Shown here: positions 54,001 through 64,000 of the stretch, piece after piece
How positions within the stretch are numbered: position 1 is the first letter of the stretch
How the letters are laid out: every line of letters begins with the position of its first letter
DNA from: Tubiluchus corallicola
Taxonomy: Eukaryota > Animalia > Priapulida
Reading direction: 5' to 3'
Assembly (NCBI GenBank): GCA_030141605.1
Contig: JAQGDQ010000244.1
Span: forward strand, 186,001-250,000
DNA length: 64,000 bases
Program-made: the position numbers and the translations under genes
The notes under the pieces: model-generated
Seen by the model: only the letters and a program-made list of their open reading frames with translations
The model's database searches: none
Told to the model about the DNA's origin: nothing

Positions 54001-57000
54001 TACATGTATAACTGCAGTGTTATAGATGCATTCATTTTTCTTCACCTCATCTGAGTAACAACACTAAACACTGTAGATTAGAAAATCCTTAACATTGAAA
54101 GTGAAATTGAACATGATAATAGATACCAGCAATCAACTAAGTTCTTGATCATATTCACCAATACAAACCAGTTTTAGAGTCTGAGATGATAAAATATCCA
54201 GGAGTTACTGCACATGTCTGTGTTTTAAACTCTTTTCAGGCTTCAGCAACAATTTGTACCAGAATCAAAAAGTGCTGTGATGTTCAGTGACGTTGAAGCA
54301 TTTGTGAAGCGCAAGTTCGGGCTCAGCAATATTACCGGAATGAATCTTTCAAGGATAGTTTGCACAGCTTTTCCAAATGCAACTCTTAAACAGCAGAAAC
54401 TCTCTCCGGGGAATTACCGGTCCTTCTTCCATGGCATTGCTCCCAGGACGGCTGGTAGGTTGTTTAGAGCTTATGTGTAATCGTGACCAAAGCAGATTTA
54501 CCACTGATAATCTATGACTTGGTTTTCCTCATGCATAAAACTTGGATAGCTTTTTGTGGAGTCGTACCGAGAGTCCGAAATTTCGTAAAATTTTTCGGTT
54601 GGCTCGTATTTATCTCGCCACCACCCACCTTTTAGCGCTTTTTTGTCACTTGATAAAGGAATGTCAGTGATGAATTCAAGATTTTCGATGTAATTCTTGT
54701 GTTGCTTAATGGTTTTATTGGTATTTGACTGTGAATAAACCTTACAGATGTTATAAAGATGCGTACTTATGCCGCGGACTAATAGTTCCGTAATAATAAA
54801 ATGTTCGTCTTTTGCTCACTGAACGAGTTGAATACCGACTGGTTTGTATCTATCAAGTCAACGAAATTTAAGGAACTTGTTAAAATAATCCACTTAGGCA
54901 TTCATCGCCACTTATATTATGTATTTTGAGAACAATAGAATTTTTATTTACCTTATCATGTGCAGGGTTACTCAAACATACTCAGACACATCTCAGAAGC
55001 TATTCAAACGTGTTCAGACATATCCAACAAGCTATTCAAACATATTCAGACATATCCAAGAAGCTGTTCAAATATACTCAGACATATCTCAGAAGCTGTT
55101 CAAACATATTCAGACATATCTCAGAAGCTATTCAAACATACTCAGACATATCCTAGAAGCTATTCAAACATATTCAGACATATCCAAGAAGCTATTCAAA
55201 CATACTCAGACATATCCAAAAAGCTATTCAAACATATTCAGACATATCCCAGAAGCTGTTCAAACATATTCAGACATATCCCAGAAGCTGTTCAAACATA
55301 CTCAGACATATCCCAGAAGCTATTCAAACATATTCAGACATATCCAAAAAGCTATTCAAACATATTCAGACATATCCCAGAAGCTGTTCAGACATTCAGA
55401 CATATCCCAGAAGCTATTCAAACATATTCAGACATATCCAAAAAGCTATTCAAACATATTCAGACATATCCCAGAAGCTGTTCAGACATTCAGACATATT
55501 CAAGAAGCTATTCAAACATATTCAGACATCCAAGAAGCTATTCAAACATATTCAGACATATCCCAGAAGCTATTCAAACATACTCAGACATATCCCAGAA
55601 GCTATTCAAACATATTCAGACATATCCAAGAAGCTGTTCAAATATACTCAGACATATCTCAGAAGCTGTTCAAACATATTCAGACATATCTCAGAAGCTG
55701 TTCAAACATATTCAGGCATATCCCAGAAGCTATTCAAACATACTCAGACATATCCCAGAAGCTATTCAAACATATTCAGACATATCCAAGAAGCTGTTCA
55801 AACATATTCAGACATATCTAAGAAGCTATTCAAACATAATCAGACATATCCCAGAAGCTGTTCAAACATATTCAGGCATATCCCAGAAGCTATTCAAACA
55901 TACTCAGACATATCCCAGAAGCTATTCAAACATATTCAGACATATCCAAGAAGCTGTTCAAACATATTCAGACATATCTAAGAAGCTATTCAAACATAAT
56001 CAGACATATCCAAGATGTTATTCAAACATATGCGGGAGAAACATAATTCGTAGAAGAACTCAAAAATTACTATTGCAGCATCAGCTGAACAAGCACCGCA
56101 GAGGAACAGTGATGGTTCAGTGAGAACCGAGAAGGCTGCAACAGCAGATGATGGTAATGACAGCGACGTCATTTGCATCGATGATGAAGATGAGGGAACT
56201 TCTGTAGCACTATCAAAACCGACTGACGATTCTACAGCAGGTAAAGTCTGTTACCCGATTCTGTAATTATTTGGTTTTATGTTAAGATACATCCGACGCA
56301 ACCAGTGCAGTTTAGATGCAGTTTCTCCATGCACATATTTAACCTTTTCACTATGGAAGGCAACACGCTGCGCCTATGTTTTCCGTGCAAGGGACGGAAG
56401 GCGGTAGACTGCCGCCCAAGCTCTGTGCTAAGCGCAGTCACCCAGGCCTGTTTATTTCACTGCTACAGTAAATTTTAACAGCCTTTGGATTTTAACAACA
56501 ACAACAACTACAAGTAACCCTAGCCAGCCAATCAGCGTCTGAAGCCAGGTGCATTCCTTAATACTGTACTGTATGGTATTATGTTCCCATACAAAATCAC
56601 TTGTAGATCATTGATGAAATATATGTTTAGTTGATTGTTCTGCATTTTTATAAAATGATGGCATATTATTGATTAATATTGTCTTTTGTGACACTGCTTT
56701 TGAAATATATGTATATGCATAAGTATGGGGGTGTGCACGTGTGTGTGTGTGCGTGCGTGCGTGTGCGCGCGCGTGTGCATGCATGTATGTATGCTTGTAT
56801 ATGTGTGCATGTGTAGAAATGAAACTGATATTTAATATCTGTACTTAATAACAGACAACTACCGTATATACGTGTTTACAAGTCAGCCTTATGTACAAGT
56901 CGATGTGCATTTTGAGATCAAAAAGTGCATCATTTTATGTATTACCTGTGTACAAGTCGACCATAAAATATTAAGGTCTTGCAGAGTAAATGATGTCAAC

Positions 57001-60000
57001 AATGGCCGAGTAATAAATCAATAGCCTACTGTGTTAGTGTGTAAGACGCATGCAAGCGCTTGGCCAAGTATTAAGTATATACGGTATGTGCTTATTTACA
57101 AAATTCTGTTTTAGTAACACACCACAAGAAGTTATTGTCAAATGTGCAAAAAGTCAGTCTGGCCCAGTTAAAAAGCAACTACATAGTAAAAGGGTTAATA
57201 ATACTAATACTAATTTTGTTCATAAGTACACATTTAAACATAATTACAATTACGTGAAAGCACAGAATAGATAAAAACCTTGAAATGTCACAATACGTTC
57301 AATTCTAACTTTTTGCAGCTTGTTCTAGGTAATGGTTCATTCATTCAGTTAACCTGAGTGAATATATGGAAGTTTTTCATTTGTTTTTTTATATATAAAA
57401 ATGTTGACAGAAACTGGCAGTATTGATAAGTGTTGGTTTTTCATATATATATATATTGGCTGTTCCGTGTGGTTATAATACATCTTAGAAGACTTACTTT
57501 GAATGGTTTTGTCTAATTGTTTTGTAGAAATTTTGTTTGGAATGGTAGAACTGTTCTTTGTCGTTTTTATTTTTATGATATAGAAATTCAAAAAGATTAC
57601 TTTCTGGTGCAGATAACTGTTGTATAAAACGTCTTATGAATTGTTTTATAACTGTCACATAAAATGTTAGTAACACCTGTTCAACATATTTATTTTTTTG
57701 ACTTAAAAATAATAATAATAATCTTTATTTAAAGTCGGCTTTAAAGTCTTTGGTATGGCCCGGCCGCTGGTTCGAACTCACGACCTCAGTCGTCTGTACT
57801 GACTTGCAAATGTGTTTCGCCTTTTTTTGCATTGAAACTGCACTGTGTTATATGTGAACTTTAGCTGGTCCAGCATATTAATAGGTGTTTGTTGTTTTTT
57901 TTTGTAAAACTTGTAACTGAATTGTTAATCTTGATTATTTTTGCATTGAATTAATGACTTTGAAACTGTAAACTTTTTGACTGTGCAGTAGAAACGTGAA
58001 ATAACGTTATTAATTTCAGATAAACCTCTGCCAGGAAACAAATTCTATTATGCTAGACAACAAGGTGATGTAGACTACGTCGACACTAAAGAAGATACTA
58101 ATATAAAGGTACGTGCATCAGTACACTTAGTCATTTTATGTTGACTTCACAAACAAATGTTAACATGGAAGTTGAAAATTTTTAGAGTTTTTATGAATTT
58201 TTGTTTTTTTTCGTAATAATTTGTTTAAAGGTAATAAATAGGCAACTTAGAAACATCATTGATTCAATCGGTATTATTAAGCAGTAAAATAAATCCAATA
58301 TGCTAATTCACGTGTTTTTCCCTTTAACAAAATTCATGCGTCGTATTTTTCTAAATTTTAGTGATAACAGTAAAATAAATCCAACATGCTAATTCACGTG
58401 TCTTTTCCTTTAATAAAATTCATTCTTCATATTTTTCTAAGTTTTAGTGATAACGGTAAAATAAATCCAACATGCTAATTCGCGTGTCTTTTCCTTTAAC
58501 AAAATTCATTCGTCATATTTTTCTAAGTTTTAGTGATAACAGTAAAATAAATCCAACATGCTAATTTGCGTGTCTTTTCCTTTAATAAAATTCATTCTTC
58601 ATATTTTTCTAAGTTTTAGTGATAACGGTAAAATAAATCCAACATGCTAATTCGCGTGTCTTTTCCTTTAACAAAATTTGCTGTTACTATGACTTGAATT
58701 CAATTTGTTCTGTTTTGCTAATACATGAGCATTCGAAGCTGAGATCTAACCAGTCGCCATGTTAATTAATTCTTTAGTGACTCACCGATTAGTTTTTGCT
58801 TTTTTCAGTGTTACCTGTGTTCAAAGAAGTTCTCCAATAACGTCAAATTCATGGAGCACTGCCACGGTCACATAGACCGCGATCATTCCCATGTCACAGA
58901 TCTCTCGGATTTGACGACGTGCAAACAGTGTTTCCTCAAGTTTGACACTCCGTTTGAAATGCAGAATCATTACGATGAGGTACGCGACGTCATCTTTGAG
59001 AGTAATATTATACAATTTACATTATTCTGTGTAGCACGTCTGCACAGGTAGCAGAATGCTGATGCAGTAGGTCCTTGTTTAACGACGTTAATGCGTTCTA
59101 GCAAAACGCGACGTTAAGCGATGCCAAGACTTCCATAGAAAGTAATGTAAAAGAATTGGGATACGTTCCAGAGGCAAAAATCAATGCTGTTTAGATCATG
59201 TAACTAAAACATTTAAGAGTTTTACTCATATTTCTACTGATCAATTTCTTTCTGCTTAATTGAAACCACCTTTATTGAATTGAACACGGCCTTTAAAACG
59301 TGGCGTCTCTAAACAGGGAGTCGTTAAGCAAATACTAAGGTGTCGAATGATTGTGGTCGTTAAAACGTAGCGTCTCTAAACAGGGAGTCGTTAAGCAAAT
59401 ACTAAGGTGTCGAATGAACGCGGTCGTTAAAACGTAGCGTGTCTAAACAGGGAGTCGTTAAGCAAAGACTAAGGTGTCAAATGATGGCAGTCGTTTAAAC
59501 GTAGCGTGTCTAAACAGGGAGTCGTTAAGCAAAGACTAAGGTGTCAAATGAACGCGGTCGTTAAAACGTAGTGTCTCTAAACAGGGAGTCGTTAAGCAAA
59601 GACTAAGATGTCGAATGAACGCGGCCTTTAAAACGTAGCGTCTCTAAACAGGGAGTCGTTAAGCAAATACTAAGGTGTCGAATGAACGCGGCCTTTAAAA
59701 CGTAGCGTGTCTAAACAGGGAGCCGTTAAGCAAATACTAAGGTGTCGAATGATTGTGGTCGTTAAAACGTAGCGTCTCTAAACAGGGAGTCGTTAAGCAA
59801 ATACTAAGGTGTCGAATGAACGCGGCCTTTAAAACGTAGCGTGTCTAAACAGGGAGCCGTTAAGCAAATACTAAGGTGTCGAATGATTGTGGTCGTTAAA
59901 ACGTAGCGTCTCTAAACAGGGAGTCGTTAAGCAAATACTAAGGTGTCGAATGAACGCGGTCGTTAAAACGTAGCGTCTCTAAACAGGGAGCCGTTAAGCA

Positions 60001-63000
60001 AAGACTTATAGTAATAGTTTTCAGTCTTTTGCCAAGCATGTTTATTGCTGTTTATCGCTCTGTGTGTAAATAAGAAATACATTAGATTACACTCTTAATA
60101 CTGTCTCAGTTGCGTTTTCTTTTTAAAATTCTGTGAAGGCATGAAAACTTTGCTAAATTAGAAAGTCTGAAAAAATTTTGACTCTCCATGGGATTCGAAC
60201 CCAGGCCTTATGGGCAGCTATGCTAACAGAGGCACACTGACTTTTCAGACTGAAAAAATTATTCTATAAACCACTAGAGGTCTATTAACAGAGAATCGTA
60301 ATTCAAACCATATCAAGACATAATATAAGATTAATTCTTTAACTAATTATTAGCACTCTAATATTTTTCTTTGTATTTCTAAATACAATTTGTCTAAAGA
60401 TATTTTGTTTATTTAACACGGTGAATAGAAATACTAGAATTTATAAGCTGTCTGTGTACATTTTATTTATACTAAGCTTATAAGCTGATAAACAGGCATT
60501 TTTGCACAATTAGCATTGCAGTTCTTCGAAAGAACTGTTTTAGTCTCATGTTCAATACCTAAACATTAGAACTTTGAGTTGAACATTAGATCTTTGCATT
60601 TGGCATTTTGTATTCATATAGTTCAAGCCAGTTCTCAAGGTTGTTGTTTATTTTTTCCTACAGAACCATTCTAAAATGCCGTCGCTCATCTTAACGTGTA
60701 GAATTTGTGAGAAGACGTTTTCCAGCAGGCAGGGTCTCCTGAACCATTGTCAACTTATACATCAGCTCGGTGAAATGCCCTACATGTGCCAGCTGTGCAA
60801 GTATCGCTCTTCGTTGTATACGGACGTCATCGACCACTTTAAAAAGGTATCGTTTGTTGTCTGCCGATGCACGGTTTTAACGAAAATGTCTAAAGCAACA
60901 GTTCAAAAACGACAGTGTGTAGGATTTGTGCATTTGTCTTAGGATTTTTTAGTTTAAAGGACAAGAAAAGAGGTACATGAAGTGGGTTTCAGAAAAATGG
61001 CCGTAAAAATTTCATTGCTTTACAGCATTTTTATGCATATATCGTACTCGTGTTAAAAGGAATTTTTGTTTGTTTTCATTTGAAATGTCCCATAATACTT
61101 TTCCGCAGTCGCCATTACATGACATCATATATGCAAACGTAAATCAGGGAAAGAAAAGGAAATGTTAAATTACGTCCCAAAAAACTTTCCATGCAAATCT
61201 ATATTACTTAGCATTTCGCTTACCTCCTGGAAAGACTTATGTAACTAGAAAAAATAATTTAAAATGTTCATACCAATTGGTTAAACGTCGCTGGCTCACC
61301 CTCCAGGGTGCACCACTCACAAACCAAAGACGTATTGACAAAATACAGTAATTTAACATTTTACTTAGTTAGCAACAGGCGTACTACGAATGCTCTGATT
61401 ATTTTTTCAAACTTCACGCAATGTTATCTAAACTTGTTTCAAACAACCTACCATTGAAATGGCTGCGCCTAACAGTCATCGCGGGAGTTTAAATTTACAA
61501 GTTTTATACGGCGTTGCTGCCGACGCAAGCCCTCTGTGTAAAAAGGCAGTACGTAAGTGGTATAAAATGTCAAGACAAATTTTTTAAGCTTTATGTAAAT
61601 GGAGGGTTTTCTTGTGCTTTAATACTAAACAACTTAAATTGGCATATGTGAACGCACTCACTTTTGTAGAAGCTAAAATGAACAAGGTGTAAATGAAAAT
61701 CCATGTCCAGTTTTGGAACGTAGTTTAAAATATATAAGGTAAAATATAGTAAAAGGCAAAGTGTTGTTTTTAACAATGATTTACATTAAAAAATTACTGT
61801 CGCAGTGGCCTATTTTTTTATTTTTCTCGTCACGTGCTGTTGGTCATGTATATTTAGATGGGTGCCAGCACTTCTTTGAAAAGCATTGTACGTAAGTACA
61901 TAAGCATTGTACATGAGCGTTGTACCCGATCAGAAGAACACATCCCAATGATGAAGGCAGTCTCGTGAAATCACGCATTTGTCCAGCAATAACTTGAAAT
62001 TTGATACTTTATTAACAAATTTTCATGAACTCTTTCTCAGTTTAACACAACAGCACTGTATTTTGATTCTCTCATTTGTAAATGCAAAATGTTCGTTGAA
62101 AAATTTGTTTTTTTCGGCATTAATTTTCTGTGTTTCATAAGTAAGTTTTGGTTTCAGTTTCAGTAACATCTATAACAAGGACTGAATGGCAAGTTTGGCA
62201 GTCTCCATTGTCGTCTAAACAGTATTCTTTGTATGATTTATTTCGATCGATTATGCTTATGTAACTAATGCATCACGCATTTTAGGTTCATTTTGGTTGT
62301 TCCCGCCTAATGTGCACCTATTGCCTAGCTGTATATAATATGACTCCAAGGGCACCTCACCTGTTCATACAACATTTGACTCGACATCAAAACAGGTTTG
62401 TTTACTTATATCTCTTGTAACTCATTTCGGTTTAGTTTTATTGAACGGCCGGAGATACCAAGTGCCTCTTTGCAGTGTTGATATGATTAATGACGAAGTT
62501 AGCTGACGAAAGATGAAGAATTTTTTTGAAAAATTCCCGTAAAGATGTAATAAAAATAAGGATACTGCAGATATTATACTGTAGTTGTCTAGTATAACGT
62601 AGAAGGTGTAATACTCTAGTTGTTTTCTGACATAAATAATTTTTTAGGTTAATGGGCTTTTATTCAAAGGAATGTGACTTGCATTTAAAGGAAAACCACA
62701 CGATTGTTTAGACGTTGGTTCAAAATAAAGTATGCTCTAAAATATAGAAAACTACAACAACTTTTTTTAAATAAAAGCTTAGATTAAATAATAATTACCT
62801 CTGATACTTAAATTTTGTTGAACTTTCAAAGCTATGCGCGGCTCAACGAATCTACTAAGATTAGGAATGGTGCCTTTTTGTCACATTCGCGTGTTCAACA
62901 TGTGGGAGCAGTACAGTGATAAGCATGATCATGAACTGCAGTGTTTGCCTGTGGCATCAATGTGACGTAGAGTTCATTTTCCTGACATCAGCTTACGCAA

Positions 63001-63569
63001 ACATGCTTGACACGCTGGCAAGATGCCTGCCATTGCACAAACTGTAGTTAGCTTGTGGTGTAAGCGATAGCTGCGGATCGGTTGCCGTTAATTAACTTTC
63101 CAAGGTAATTTTTCAAATATAAGAAACAACTGCTAACTTTTATGGGCAAGAAAATGTATATTTTGGACAGCAAATTAAAGTGAGATTGAGTCTAATCAAT
63201 CGCCGGTTTTCCGTTAAAATAATTGACAGCTGCTAGAGGGAAGGGTTGTAGTTTCCTTTAATTCAGCCTATATCATAGTACTGCTAAAACAAGGGGTATT
63301 TGTGCAGTTTTATTAGTAAACTGCTTATCAATGCTAACGGGCTGTAGAATAAACTCGAAGTGTGACGGGTTCATTTTTACTGATCATGCCATTAATTGAA
63401 GTTATGCGACTGTTTGAGATTCAGATTATTTTTCACATTTATTTCTTGACACTTTGAAGGGGTGTGAAGAAGTGCAGCGCCTGCCGATTGACATTCATTT
63501 CAGTGCAAGATCTGAAACAGCACAAGACTGACTGCCATTCCATTGTTGGTAAACTAGATGATCCCGGAG
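42079..63569 (+). CDS. POGZ: POGZ/ZNF280-family C2H2 zinc-finger protein with N-terminal THAP, AT-hooks, Brinker-like HTH and RFX-like domain; 3'-partial (>1527 aa)
   Basis: Phase-compatible GT-AG exons: 42079-44263, 45267-45748, 48262-48738, 48869-48916, 49942-50054, 50186-50325, 50470-50566, 54240-54454, 56079-56240, 58020-58108, 58809-58979, 60664-60846, 62286-62395, 63460-63569 (continues past the window). POGZ/ZNF280 hallmarks: DLDMECEEEDL, KFYYA, NNVKFMEH, CKQC..KFDTPFEMQNH, GEMPYMCQLCKYRSSLYTDVIDHF, LMCTYCL, CSACRLTF. The symbol denotes the family. Confidence 0.85.
46991..47513. mobile_element. hAT (Ac-like) MITE
   Basis: TIRs cagggatgagaat / attctcatccctg; 8-bp TSD caggcgtg/caggtgtg (1 mismatch). 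Possibly nested in an older TTAA-flanked element at ~45820-47596. Confidence 0.85.
49255..49742. repeat. ~98-bp minisatellite, 5 copies
   Basis: The atccaa anchor recurs at 49261, 49360, 49458, 49556 and 49653. Confidence 0.95.
54970..56030. repeat. 32-bp minisatellite, ~33 copies
   Basis: Unit ttcagacatatcccagaagctattcaaacata; it explains the frame-rotating repetitive ORFs at 54919-56123. Confidence 0.96.
57724..57787 (-). mobile_element. Internally deleted copy of the tRNA-derived SINE
   Basis: The SINE 3' end (tttatttaaagtcggc) is fused directly to the B-box/core segment (tttaaagtctttggtatggcccggccg...gttcgaactcacgacctc); (ATT)n tail at ~57708-57722. Confidence 0.8.
58282..58678. repeat. 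86-bp minisatellite, ~4.6 copies
   Basis: c[ag]gtaaaataaatccaa recurs at 58282, 58368, 58454, 58540 and 58626. Confidence 0.95.
59065..60011. mobile_element. pogo/Tigger-like MITE containing an 11 x 67-bp tandem array
   Basis: The left end cagtaggtccttgtttaacgac and the right end gccgttaagcaaagacttatag(ta) form imperfect TIRs. The cagggag anchor recurs every 67 bp from 59314 to 59984. Confidence 0.8.
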
Positions 63570-64000
63570 GTGAGTAAGCTTTGTGGCACGTTCCGATGTA
63601 GAGACTTCTCTTTCAACTTGTTGCGCAACTTCTGCCTGTGAGTAAAGTTGCGCGTGTGGACAGTTTAGCAACCTTTCTCGCAATATATTGCAAACTCTGA
63701 GAGAGTTGTTGAGAGTTAAGTTGCCCAATAAGTTGTGAGAGAAGTTACATCACCTCGAATGTTGTTACTGGTGCTTGTGAAAGTTTCTTATCGAAGAATT
63801 TCATCCACTTCTTATTGCAAATTCCATAAATGAAAACTTGAAAAAATTGAAAATGCAAATGGAGGTAAATCTTGTGCTTAAAGGTCAAGAAGCTTACTTT
63901 ATGAAGTTTCAATTTTACACAAAAATGAAAAGAAAATGCTCTAGCTACAATTTTCTGAACTTTTTAACTTTTTCTTAATGGTTTATGCAAGAGAATGTCT

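Noticed and set aside
54919-56123. 300- and 387-aa repetitive ORFs
   Set aside because: They are a by-product of a 32-bp intronic satellite; the same peptides rotate through all three frames.

Overview
AT-rich, intron- and repeat-rich invertebrate metazoan genomic DNA; the taxon cannot be fixed from this window. Five protein-coding loci are supported by manual splicing. (1) The 3' 15 exons of a thioester-containing protein (iTEP/CD109 type; +, <321-11306). (2) A lone terminal exon of a TMEM42-like membrane protein (-, 16025-16168). (3) A small PAN/apple + F5/8C (discoidin) gene (+, 19358-28825). (4) An intronless cathepsin F (+, 35082-36443). (5) A large gene (+, 42079->63569) whose spliced product joins THAP, AT-hooks, a Brinker-like HTH, an RFX-like winged helix and a POGZ/ZNF280-type C2H2 cluster. 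This last architecture is the most unusual feature. Introns and intergenic DNA hold hAT MITEs with 8-bp TSDs, a three-layer nest (hAT > RTE > P-like element with a 7-bp TSD), a solo LTR, tRNA-derived SINEs, an internally deleted L1/Tx1 element, a pogo-like MITE with an internal 67-bp satellite, and several mini- and microsatellites. All family assignments come from motif recognition by eye; no database searches were run.
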